Of a stretch of 64,000 bases of DNA, positions 8,871-20,500 are shown one piece after another (position 1 is the first letter of the stretch; every line of letters starts with the position of its first letter). A program made the position numbers and the translations under genes. The notes under the pieces are model-generated. The model ran no database searches and was not told the DNA's origin. It was given only the letters and a program-made list of their open reading frames with translations. The stretch is from Lentisphaerota bacterium (lineage in GTDB: Bacteria > Verrucomicrobiota > Kiritimatiellia > CAIQIC01 > Lenti-01): the NCBI GenBank assembly GCA_012514035.1, contig JAAZBB010000043.1, forward strand, positions 19,463 to 83,462. Reading direction: 5' to 3'.

Positions 8871-10271
8871 ATGGATCATCTGCCTGACCCGTCCGTTCCC
8901 GAACCGGAAGCCACGGCCCGGATCGGAACCGACCGCATCAGCCGGCTGCTGTTGCGCTTTTCCATCCCGGCCATTGCCGGGATGCTCGTGCAGGCGCTCT
9001 ACAACATCGTGGACCGGATGTTCATCGGATACGGCATCGGTCCCCAGGGCATTGCCGGAGTGACGATCAGTTTTCCCCTGATGATGGCGACGGTGTCGTT
9101 TTCCATTCTGGTGGGTGTCGGGGCCAACACGTTGTATTCCATCCGGATGGGCGAAGGCCGGCGGCAGGAGGCCGAGCGCATTCTGGGCAACGCCTTCGGG
9201 CTGCTGTTCTTCATCCCGCTGGCGGCCTCGCTGGTGGCGCTGTGTTTTCTCGATCCCCTGTTGCGCCTGGTGGGCGCCAGCGAGGAACTCCTGCCCCATG
9301 CCCGCGCCTATGCCCGGATCGTGCTGGGCGCGGCCGCCCTCAGCACCACGGGCCACGGCCTGTCGCATTTTGTCCGTTCCGACGGCCATCCGTTTGTCTC
9401 CATGGCCGCCATGATCCTCGGAGCCGTCACCAACACCATCCTCGATCCGCTCTTCATTTTTGTTTTTCGCTGGGGCATGGCCGGGGCCGCCTGGGCCACC
9501 GTGATTTCCCAGGGGCTGTCCTTTGCCTGGTGTTTCGGCTTCTTCCTGATGCCCAAGGAAGGCACCCGGCTCCGCCGCCGCAACCTGCGCTTGGACTTCC
9601 GCCAGATTGTCTGGCCCCTGCTCGCCATCGGTTTTGCGCCCTTCGCGATGAACCTGGCCAACAGCCTGCTCAATGTGATCCTCAACCGCGGCCTGGGCCG
9701 CTATGGCGGAGACGATGCGATTGCGGTCATGGGTATTCTCTCGGCCTACATGAGCATCATCTTCATGCCCGTTTTCGGCCTGACCCAGGGCGCGCAGCCC
9801 CTGATGGGCTACAACTTCGGCGCGCGCAAATACGGCCGCGTCCGGCACCTGTTCTGGACCTGCGTCATTGCCGCCACCATCCTGATGACCTGCGGTTGGG
9901 GCATCAGCCAGTTGTTCCCGCTGCCCATTGTGCGGCTGTTTGTCTCGGCGGATTCCCGGTTGATCCCCCTTGGCGTCCATGCCCTGCGCGTCTTCACCCT
10001 GGCCTTCCCGATCATCGGGTTTCCGATCATTGGCGGCCATCTGTTCCAAGCCATCGGCAAGCCCATCCAGGCCGGATTCCTCGCCCTCACCCGCCAAGTC
10101 ATTTTGTTCATCCCATTCCTCCTGATCTTCCCGCGCTTCTGGGGCCTGAACGGCATCTTCGCCGCCGCCCCCGCCTCGGACACCCTCACCTTCCTGATTT
10201 CCATCATTCTGGTGTCCCACCAGTTGCGCCTTTTCCAGCGGCTTGAACGCGAAACCGCCGAAACCGGTTGA
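8871..10271 (+). CDS. MATE family efflux transporter
   Basis: From ATG 8871: MDHLPDP..RLLLRFSIPAIAGMLVQALYNIVDRMFIG, with roughly a dozen hydrophobic helices. The ORF-track start at 8715 is an upstream extension. Confidence 0.85.
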   Translation: MDHLPDPSVPEPEATARIGTDRISRLLLRFSIPAIAGMLVQALYNIVDRMFIGYGIGPQGIAGVTISFPLMMATVSFSILVGVGANTLYSIRMGEGRRQEAERILGNAFGLLFFIPLAASLVALCFLDPLLRLVGASEELLPHARAYARIVLGAAALSTTGHGLSHFVRSDGHPFVSMAAMILGAVTNTILDPLFIFVFRWGMAGAAWATVISQGLSFAWCFGFFLMPKEGTRLRRRNLRLDFRQIVWPLLAIGFAPFAMNLANSLLNVILNRGLGRYGGDDAIAVMGILSAYMSIIFMPVFGLTQGAQPLMGYNFGARKYGRVRHLFWTCVIAATILMTCGWGISQLFPLPIVRLFVSADSRLIPLGVHALRVFTLAFPIIGFPIIGGHLFQAIGKPIQAGFLALTRQVILFIPFLLIFPRFWGLNGIFAAAPASDTLTFLISIILVSHQLRLFQRLERETAETG

Positions 10272-10425
10272 AACTACGAATCACGCGAATTGCACGAAAG
10301 AACGGCTAGTGCGTTTCCGTGAATCAAGTATCCGTTTCGGGCAACCCGACGAGGGCGGCGGAAAAAGAATATACGTAGGAGGAGAGCCCAGCGCTACATG
10401 CGTAGCACGTGGCTCTGTCGCGTGC
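10271..10425 (-). repeat. dispersed intergenic element (AACTACGAA..GCACGAA module plus CGTAGCACGYGGCTCTGTCGCGTGC module)
   Basis: 10271-10300 AAACTACGAATCACGCGAATTGCACGAAAG and 10401-10425 CGTAGCACGTGGCTCTGTCGCGTGC. Both modules recur at 21481..21812, and the first also at 50207..50245. Confidence 0.7.
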
Positions 10426-10500
10426 AGAAAAACCAAACAACCAGCCCGGTCAACGCCCGGGCCTGCAGAAAACCACATAGCCAGAACAGCCCGCCGATGC

Positions 10501-10532
10501 AAACGAAAAGCGCCGGGGAAAATCCCCGGCGC
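10501..10532 (-). terminator. rho-independent terminator of the giant-protein operon
   Basis: On the minus strand: GCGCCGGGG-AUUUU-CCCCGGCGC followed by UUUUCGUUU, 25 nt after the stop at 10557. Confidence 0.75.
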
Positions 10533-10556
10533 TTATGCCTGCGCTGTGTCGGCTTG

Positions 10557-11444
10557 TTAGTCAGTGGTATTCGTTTCGGTGCTTTCTGTGCCCGTTCCTG
10601 TATCCGTACCAGTCGGGGCCGTCGAAACAATCGTAATCTCCACCGCAGGGGCAACCGCAGTGATGTCATCGCTGCTGCCGGCCGTGATCTTGGTGCCGTC
10701 CATCCGCCGGTCATTGAAAACGCCTACTTCCACGACGCCCTGCAAGGTGCCGACGATCCTGCCCCCGCTGCCCGAGGCTTCAAAAGAAGCAGTGATCACA
10801 TCCCCATTTTCCGGCAGTTTCCGATCGTAAGAATGGGGCATTTCCACGCCCGACGCCGAACGCATCTGGGTGATCCGCCCGGAATAGGAGGCGCCGGTGT
10901 TTTCGGTAATGGAGAGTTTTTCTCCGTTTTGGTGGACCGTAAAGGAGTAGGCTTCGGTCTGGGCGGCCCCGAACTCCGTGCCGCTTTCCTCGGTAACATA
11001 GCCATAGGCAACGTAGATGGATTGATTTTCGTCGTCATTCCGGTAGGCTGGCAGGATGTCGATCGCCCACGTACCATTATCATAGTTGAACGAGCCTGTT
11101 CCCAAAGGTCCGGTCAACTGGCCATCGTGATCGGGATCGGTCAGCCCAGCCCCTGCAACAGTGATGGTCACAGATCCCTTCGCAATGGGAGCCCGGGTTG
11201 TTTTCCCGTTCTGTTGGGTTTGGAAGCGGAACATGGTGAAGGTATCGACTTTGGAATTCGTGGCGGCTGGCTGGTAATCAGGATCCAGCGTCGTCGTCAC
11301 CGATCCGCGGTAAACGCCGCTGAAGTTGACCCAGTCATAGGACCCGCTCCAGTGTTCGGCATCGCTGCCGGTGTCCCAGTCGCAACCCGCCGCACCCAAG
11401 GCCAACGCCGCGGCCAAAACGCCCATCCATGCCAACCGTTTCAT
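10557..11444 (-). CDS. lipoprotein of unknown function, last gene of the giant-protein operon
   Basis: MKRLAWMGVLAAALALGAAGC lipobox. Thr/Gly/Asp-rich C-terminus. Alternative starts at 11453 and 11486. Confidence 0.7.
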   Translation of the reverse strand: MKRLAWMGVLAAALALGAAGCDWDTGSDAEHWSGSYDWVNFSGVYRGSVTTTLDPDYQPAATNSKVDTFTMFRFQTQQNGKTTRAPIAKGSVTITVAGAGLTDPDHDGQLTGPLGTGSFNYDNGTWAIDILPAYRNDDENQSIYVAYGYVTEESGTEFGAAQTEAYSFTVHQNGEKLSITENTGASYSGRITQMRSASGVEMPHSYDRKLPENGDVITASFEASGSGGRIVGTLQGVVEVGVFNDRRMDGTKITAGSSDDITAVAPAVEITIVSTAPTGTDTGTGTESTETNTTD

Positions 11445-11540
11445 CCTGTTCATCTCCCTGCTAGATGCCTTTATCCTGTCGATCATAGACTTTCTGCCGG
11501 CATTCCGTCAACGCCATTCGGCGGCGGGGAATGCCCCGCG

Positions 11541-14500
11541 TTATTTGCACTCGATCTTGATGAAGAGGCGGCCATCCCCATCCAGATCCGGCACCAGGAT
11601 GGTGTAGGTACCCGTTGCGGTGATGACCTGCTGCACGCCGGAGGGCACCCAGCCGGCGCCATCCGTCAAATCATTGTTCTCCAGGACATCCAGGATGGCC
11701 GGCGGGGTGGGCAGATTTGTCACGGTGAACGTGACCTCTATCTGGCCATCGACAGGCGTGGCGAGGATGATTTGACCATCAGCCGGACCGCCGCTGGACG
11801 GCAGGTCCGTTTCATCCCTCGGATCGGTGCCCTGATCCACCTCGACGCCATCGTTAAACCCATCGCCGTCGGTATCCCAGAGCCGGGGATCAGTCTGGTG
11901 GAGCGCCAATTCCTCCCCGTCATCCAAGCCGTCATAGTCGGAATCCGCCCGCATGGGGTGGGTGCCCAGGAACAGTTCCTGGGCGTTTGACAGCCAGTCG
12001 CCGTCCGGATCGCCGGTGGCGCCGTTGTCGCCGGTATCATCGAGCGGATCGAGGCCGTGGTCCACTTCCCACCCATCTTCAAGGCCGTCGCTATCGGTGT
12101 CTTTCTTCAGCGGATCTGTGCCCAGTAGGACTTCCTGTCCATCGTCCAACCCGTCGCCATCGGTATCGGCAACGACCGGATTGGTGCCTTGGGCCAGTTC
12201 CACATCATTGGGCAAGCCGTCGCCGTCCGGATCGCCAGTGGCGCCGTCGTTGCCGGCATCGCTGAGCGGATTCAGGCCATAGGTCACCTCCCAGCCATCC
12301 GGGAGGGTGTCGTGGTCGGTATCCGGGTTGAGGGGATCCGTCCCGTGGGTGTTCACTTCCGCGCCATCGTTCAGGCCGTCGCCATCGGTGTCTGACACCA
12401 AGGGCTTGGAGCCGAGATCGAGTTCCTGGGCGTTGGACAGTCCGTCGTTGTCCGGGTCGCCATTCGCACCGTTGTCGCCGGCCGCGCTCAGCGGATTGAG
12501 GCCCATGGTTACTTCCCATCCATCCGGCAAGCCGTCCCCGTCCGTATCGTCATTCCGCGGATCGGTGCCGCGGGCCAATTCCTGGGCGTTGGTCAGTCCA
12601 TCTGTATCCGGATCGCCGGTGGCGCCGTCCGCACCCGCGCCGCTCAGGGGATTCAGTCCATACTTCACCTCCCATCCGTCCGGCAGGCTGTCGCCATCGG
12701 TATCCGGATTATTGGGATTGGTGGTGGCCGCCATTTCCTGGCTGTCGGTCAAGCCGTCGTTGTCCGAGTCAGCCGCCAGGGGATTGGTGATGTACCCGTC
12801 GGCGCCCAGCGTGACTTCTTCCTCGTCGTCCAGCCCGTCGCCGTCCGTATCGGCCTTCAGCGGATTGGTGCCATGGGTGTTGACCTCTGCGCCATCCCAC
12901 AGCCCATCGCTGTCGGAATCCTTCGGATCGACGCCGGCGGGAATCCCCATGGCGCTGGGATATGTGCCATACTTGAACTCGTCGCCATCGGTCAAACCAT
13001 CGCCATCGGTGTCGGTGAACTGGTTCATGGCGAGGCCACCCGAGTAGTATTTCTCCCAGATATCGGCCAGGCCGTCGTTGTCTGTATCCGCATCATGGAT
13101 GACCAGGTCGTTGCCAGACACCGTGGTGGCGCTCTTGATCTCGATCTTCTTGTTTGAGTAATCCACGGCGTAGATACTGGTGGCCGGGACAATGCTGACG
13201 CCGCCCTTGCTGGCGGCACCGCTCTTGCTTTTCCGTCCGGGCACGCTGCGGATGGCCGCCTCGACCCAGACAAATCTTTGCACCGAAGCGGGCTGTCCCT
13301 TGACCAGGCCCCAGGCCTCGCCCGGATCCAACACGCCATCGTTGTCCTGATCCTGGAACGCCCGGACGTAGTAGTTGGCTTCCTGTCCGAAGCGCAGCCC
13401 CATGAGCCGGTAATTGTAATTGGCATCGGCCTTGACCCTGGCCACGGGCCGCTGGTCAAACCCGCTGCCCTCATAGGCTTCCACCACGATGTTGGGACTT
13501 GGGGAGAACCCGTAATAGTAGGCGCGTCCGGTAATCATGCCGGCGCCGCTGGCCGCCGGAGACTGCAGATTGACCGTGAAACTGGTCCAGACACTGGACT
13601 TTGACACGCGCGGATTGATGGCGGTCACTTGGATCCGGTAAGCCCCATTGGTAAAATGATTCCAACCTGCCAGGAAGGGCAGATCCATTTCGGCGCGGCC
13701 GTTCCGGTCAATGTAAGGGGCAAACACTGTTGTATCCAGCAACGTCTCGGTGCCACTGGCATTCTGAACTTGAATCCGGATTTGGGCGGTATTGGGATCC
13801 AAGGTCATCTGCAAGTGTTCCTGCGCAAAGAGGACACTGCCGACGGGGCTGATGATGGTCGGATTGACGAGGTTCGTCGGATAGTTCACGGAATTGGTGA
13901 CGACCGCAATCTCGTTGTTGTTTTGGTCGAACACCTTGCACACATAGGTCCCGGACATCGGCCCGGCCGATATGTCCGCCCAAGGGCCGGACTTGTTGTT
14001 GCGGAAGTCATATTCATGCAAGTAGTTCCGGCTGGCAGCACATCCGCCCCGGGTGGTCTCGTACACTACCTGGCCGTTTCTCAGCACGGTGACCGTGTAG
14101 CCCGACCCGCCCGTGGTGGCATTGGTATCGCCGCCCGTGGTGGCCCAGTCAAAGCGTGCGAATCCATTCGCTTTTTCGCGCAGGGCAATTTCGATCTTGG
14201 CCTCGCCCCACTGGATGTTTTCGGGCATGTACTCGCTGAAGCCCATCAGTTCCCCGGTGTTCCATTGGCCGTCGTTGTTGGCATCCACGAAGGCCATGAA
14301 ATAGTTCCGGCCCTGGCGCAGGTGCCCGCCGTTCGTCCAGTCGGTAATGTTCAGGGAATTGCCATCACGGATGGGTTCTTCGAGTTCGAGCGACGTCATC
14401 GCGTCCGGGCAGTTCATCGCCGGGTCGGTATAGGCCCAGATGCGCAGGGTGCCGTCCACTTCCGGGCAGTCCGTCTTGAACTGGAAGGTGATGCTCGGCT

Positions 14501-17500
14501 TGGGATAGGAAACGGGGTCGTCGGGATCGCAGTACGGGACGGAAAACCCGGTGCTGCTGATCAGGTTGGAGGAGACTTCCCCCTCGGTGTTGGTGGTCAC
14601 CTCGTAGACATTGGCGCTATGGGTCTTGTAGTAGGCCATGTATTCCGAATAGTTGTCCCATCCGTCCCCGTCCGGATCGAGGTTGGCATCGAACCGCAGC
14701 GGGCTGCACGCGTTGGGGAAGAGCGATTCCCAGCCGTCGGGCATGTTGTCGCCATCCATGTAGAGCGACCCGTAGGAAGCGCCGGTCGCGGGACTGTCGT
14801 AGTCGCCGGTTCCATCGCCATCGGTGTCGAATTCGAACGGATTGGTGCCCGCCAGGAATTCGGCTCGGTTGTTCAGGCCATCGTCATCCGGGTCGCCCCA
14901 GGCGCCGTTGACGAAATCGGTCTGATTAAAGATGTAATCCATCCGGCCGTCGCCATCCACGTCCACGGTTGACGTAGCGGCATCACCGAAGCCACCGTCA
15001 TTTTCATTGAGGCCATAGCGGATTTCCCACGCATCGGGCAGGCCGTCGCCGTCCGTGTCCTTGCCGCCGGACGGAGTGCCATCGCTCCCGGTTCCGCTGC
15101 CTCCACCGGTCGGGGCTGCTGTTTGATAGAACTCGACCACGCCGGACATCTTGGCCGCATGCGCCCACTGGTTTTCCCAGTCGCGGAGCACGGCATAGTC
15201 CTCCGTGCTGGGGATGAACCCCCACCGCCGCCAGACATGGTCCTCGTACTTGAAGGCCACCCCTTCGCTTTGAATGGTAACGTACAGGGCCGCGGCGTCG
15301 GCCGCGCTCGTCACCGGCACCAGAGCCATTCCGTCCCACTCCACGATGGATTCAGTAGAATTCATGTAGAACCGGTGGCCGGGCAGCAACGGATCAGCCG
15401 GGAGAACTTGGACCGCGCCGGTGGCATCCTCCCCATTGTAGATGTACACCATGTTGCTCGGGGCACAGACAAACATGTCGCCCAGCGTCGGAGGATACCA
15501 GGCATTCCCGGGGTCCGTGATCCCGGCAATGGTGTTGACCTGGCCGGCAATGGTCGCGCGGGCATCCGCCAGCCAGTGGCGTCCTTTGCCCCAGCGCAGC
15601 CAGTCGGTGCCGTCATACCGATAGAGGATTCGTTCCGCGTGGTTCCAGCCGAAGTCGCCCGGATTCGCGCTGCCTGTGCCGGGCACGATGCCGGTGCCGT
15701 CAAAAACCGGCCCGACGCCCGTCAGTTCCCCCACCACGCCGGAATCATTGACATAGACCGTGGTCCCGTCCACCCATGTGTCGCCATCCACCATGTCGCT
15801 GGCCAGCGGCGGGGACGTGTACCGGACGGAATACAGCAGATTGGTGATCCGGGTCGAATCCCACGTGTTGCTGCTGAGGGTCGGCCAGCCGCCGTCGTCA
15901 AAGTTGAAGTAGGCAGCCAAGCCCTCCTCCTGCCCTTCCAGCAACTGAGACATGGTCGCGGAAATGCTGGCGCCATCGCGCACATCGGACCACAGCCGCA
16001 GCTCATCCACGAAGCCATGGAAACGCTCGCCGATGCGGATGATGCTGGACGGGCCCTCGCCCATGGCCGGAGCGCTAATGTTGAGATCCTGGCGGGACGC
16101 AACCGCTTGGCCATTGACAAACAGAGTCAAGCGCTTGCCGGAACCGTCATAGGTGGCCGCCAGATGCGTCACCAACGCCGCATCGTAGGTGGCGGAAACC
16201 GCCAGCGGAACGCTGCCGGTCACGGCGATCGGAACCCCAATGCGGCCACTGGCCGTCTTGTACACAAAGCGTGCCTGGGGATAGAGATTGTTCCCGCTCC
16301 GGATCACGCGGAGTTCGTAATTGGCAATCAGCATGCCGTTGGTGACTTCTTCCACCGCCCGGCGGAAGATCGGCGCCCCCTGCCCGTCGGCCAGAAAGTC
16401 CACGCGGGCGGGCAGCACTGCCGCTTCCAGCGTCCACGAATTTCGGACAAAGGCCTCGCGGTCGAGCACCTCTAGCCAACTGCCTGGACGGCCCGTGAAA
16501 TAGGCGGTCAGGTACTGTTTGGGCGAGGTGGAATCCGACGCAACGAAGCCCTGGAAGACCTCGTCGTTATCGGACATGCCGTCGTCGTCGGTATCCGCCA
16601 GATCCGGACGCGTGGCATTGCGCGCCTCCTGGCGGTTGGAGAGTCCGTCGCCGTCGAAATCCTCGTCGCCGTCCGGAATCCCGTTTTCATCCGTGTCCGG
16701 TTTGCGTGGATTAGTCCGTGCCCAGTATTCCTGCAGGGTGGTCAGGCCATCGCCGTCCGGATCGCTGTCCGCATCGGAAAGCATTCGGCCCGTGACTCCC
16801 ACTTGGGCCACCGCCACCCCACCCTTGGACACCCACCACGTTTCCCCATCATCGATGAAACCGCTCACCTGGCCGGACCGGATCTCCCAGTTGGTGACGG
16901 TATTCAACACTGTGTTGGTGGTTTCCCCCTCAACCGTCGTGTTGGTCTCGACCGAATAATCGCCAATCAGCACCGTATTCGGGCATACCGACGTGGTGAT
17001 CACGCCGTTGACGACCGTGATGATGCCGGGACAGGTTGCGCTGGCCCAGGTCTGCCCGCCGTCGGCCGACGAGTTGAAGGTGAATCCACTGCGCTTGATC
17101 AAAATTTCCGGCACCCCCATCTTCGCCCAGCCCGGGTCGTATTCCAGCATGGAGTGTTCCTGGGTCAGCCAGGCAAAGGGGTTCAACTCGTGGACGATTT
17201 CCCAGCTATCCGGCAGGCCATCACCGTCGGAATCCAGCTCGCCGCGCTGGTTGTCCAAGGCACCATTGACCGGCGCTGTGCGGCCCGCATCAAACACGAA
17301 GCCGCCGCCGAGGGCCAGCGAAGGCAGTGCATAGGCCCGGTCCGGATACAGATGATCATGGAACAGGCGGTTGGGCACGTTTTCCGCCCCCGGGAAATCG
17401 TAGCCCAGCAAGCTGGACATCGCGCGGTGCCGGCTGTCCACGGCCACGTTGCCGCCGTCGTCAAAGTTGTAGTAGGCCAGAAGGGCGCCGTTCAGTTGCT

Positions 17501-20500
17501 GCCCGTCCAAAGTGACCATTTGGCGACCCTCGAGGAGAATGCTGCGGTTTGCCGCCACTTCCGCCTGGGATCGCTCAATGCCCCAGATGCGCAGTTCGTC
17601 AATCCAGAGGCGATTGGCAAAACCGCTTCCTTTTGCAAACTCCAGCTGCCCGCCGTTGCCGAATGTTGAAACCAGATAGCCGCCGGTGGTTTCCTCCACC
17701 ACCTGGCGGGATTGCACGAGCGTGCCGTCCACATACAGCGAAAGCGCATTCTTCCTGTGATCGAAGGTCGCCGCCAGATGGACCCAGCGGTTCCGCGGCA
17801 GGGGACGCGTGGCGCTGGCCTGGTACCACTTCCCGCCCAGCGAATGCAGACCGGCATAGGGAACCGTCTCCACGGTCTGGCCGCCGATGACCACATTGGT
17901 CACGCCCAGATCATAGGCCCGGCGCTCATTGCCGCCGATCATCAGATAGCCTTTGGTAAACGATCCGCTGGCGGGGGCATCCCCCTCCAAATACACCCAT
18001 GCTTCGACCGTGAAGTCCCGGGAGAAATAGCGGGGGTCGTCCACCAAAAGCGTTTTCGAACCTTCATCCGTCAGAATCTTGGCCGAACGGGCCACCAGCG
18101 GATTGAGCGACTGCACAGGGCTGGTCGGCTGCTTGCCGCGCGCCACGTCCATCTGGATTTCCGTCGAGTCCGGCAGGCCGTCGGCATCCGTATCCGTGCC
18201 CGGCATCGGCACCATCAGCGGCAGGTTGTCCGTGACGGGCTTGCCGCCGGTCACGAGATCGGTTCCAGCCGTTTCCGCATCCGTCAGGATGCTGTCGGGA
18301 TCCGAGAGGATCACGTCATTGGTGGGAATCAGCAGCGTGCTCAACGCCAGCGGGGTGTATACGTTGGCTTCATTTCGCGCATACCACAGAGCGTCAATGC
18401 CCGGCGTATAACGGCCGTCTTCCGCCCCGGCCGCTTCCAAGTAGTACAATCCGCTGAATGAGGTGGTAAAAGGCTGGAAGCCGCCGGTCCCCATGCTGTT
18501 GGTGAATCCATCGCCGTAGAAGGGAGCCAGGCTGGCCATGTCATTCGCGTAATACGGGAACGAAGGCACGCCGACCGTCGGCACCAGTTTGGGTTCGGGG
18601 TAAGGCACAAACACCACATTGGTCACGACTTCCTCGGGCGGGCCCGGGTTGGTGACCACCATCAAGCCTTGCATCCAGTTTGTGACGGTGGTTTCGTAGG
18701 CGGCCGGATGGAAGAATCCCGGATAATCCCGCATGGAATAGGACGCCGCCAAGCCGGGCGCCATGATTTCGTAGTACATGGGCGCCTGCCAGTCGTGGCG
18801 CAGCAGGATCCAGTTGGCCAGCACATAGGTCTCGAACGAGGATTGGTTTGGATAGTTCATGGCCCGGGCGGTCCAGGGAATGGTTTCATCCCCGGTTCCC
18901 GTGATAAAGTCGATGCGATATCCGTCCTGGCCAAAGTATTCCTGGATATTCAGGAGCCCGTCCCCGTCCGGATCGCCCAAGGCGCCGCTGGGATTAATCT
19001 CTACGGGCAGGTCGACAATGCCCAGCAGCGTTCCGCTGTCATCTTCATCTTCATCCTCGGCCAGATCGAACGCGGCCATGCCGGTCTTGGGGTTGAGGCC
19101 ATGCTCGACTTCCCAACCATCGATCAGCCCGTCCTTATCGGTATCCCATCCGTCGTACCGCACCACGAGGTTCGGCCGGGGCTCCGTCCAATAGCTGGCG
19201 GCCGACGGCCAAGCAATCCGGCCCGGAAGGCTCTGCAAGTCGGGACTGCCGGGCGATGACGCCACCTTGACACTGCCGGTCCAGTCGGCTTTGGTGTAGT
19301 CCACCGTGAAATAGCGGACGGAATCGCCCCACTGGCTGTATTTCGCCTGCTGGAGATATCCGGGCGTGCCATGCAGGCACCCCCCGCGGCTGGGCTGCCG
19401 GAAGCGCAATCCGGCACTCGTGACTTCCTTCTGCTCCAAGACGCACTTGGACGACATGAAAGGCCATATCGCCAGCGGATTCCCCCACCCGTATGTGAGC
19501 AAGGGATGGAGGCATTGCTCCCGGAAATTCGTCAGCCCGTCCTTATCCGGATCGGAATTATAGTGGAAGAGATCACCAACGGGCTCGGCTTCCACCGGCT
19601 TGAATCCATTCTTTGCGAAAAACTTTTCGAAGGAGTCCAGCAACCAGTCGTTATCGGTATCGCAATCGAAGGGGCTGGTCCATGGCTTGTCATTCAATTT
19701 CTCCGTCGGGAAATGATCGCGGGTCTCTCCCAGGGGCGGGCATCCTTCGGCGAAGTTGATGTCTTTGTTGGCTTTCTTCAATTCCTGCAGGGCCGTCATG
19801 CCGTCACCGTCAATGTCCATCCCGGGGTGCTGGAGGGTCTTGACGTCGCCCAGATCAGGGAGAAATGGGTCTTGCATCTTGTCGCCTTCAATGACTCCCT
19901 TGCGATTGGCGTAATCCGTGGTGTAGGTGAAGACATCCGTATTATAGATGAACCCGTTATCCTTGGGATCCAGCCCGGCATAGATTTCAACCGGGTCCTT
20001 CAGCCCGTCGCCGTCGGTGTCTTCCGCCCAGGGGTTGGTCCCGGCATAGGTAATCATCTTTGTGGATTCGTACAGGTCGGAGATGCCGTCGCAATCCGTA
20101 TCGAACAACTCGGGATCGGGGCCGTAGCCGAAGAATGCCGGATCGGCTTCATCGGTGACCACGTTTTGATTGTACGTGAACCAGCCCTCCTTGCCGTTGA
20201 TCTTGACTTTCCAGCCATTGAATTCCTGGATATTGGTCAGTCCGTCGCTGTCCTTGTCATCGGTGGGCTGGTAGCCGCTTTCCCAGACGAGATTGGTTTT
20301 CTGGGTCACTTGGTCGATTTCGACCTTGACCCAGTCATTGGCGGCGGCAAAATCCACGTAGCTCGGGAACAAGCCGGTCACCACCGCTTGCGCCTGCTGA
20401 AGTCCCCCGCTGCATAGCAGAAGGAGTGCTCCTCCCCACAAAATGGTTTTCACGGGATTATGCTTGATGGTGTGTGCTGTTCGCATGGCAACCTCTTTTT

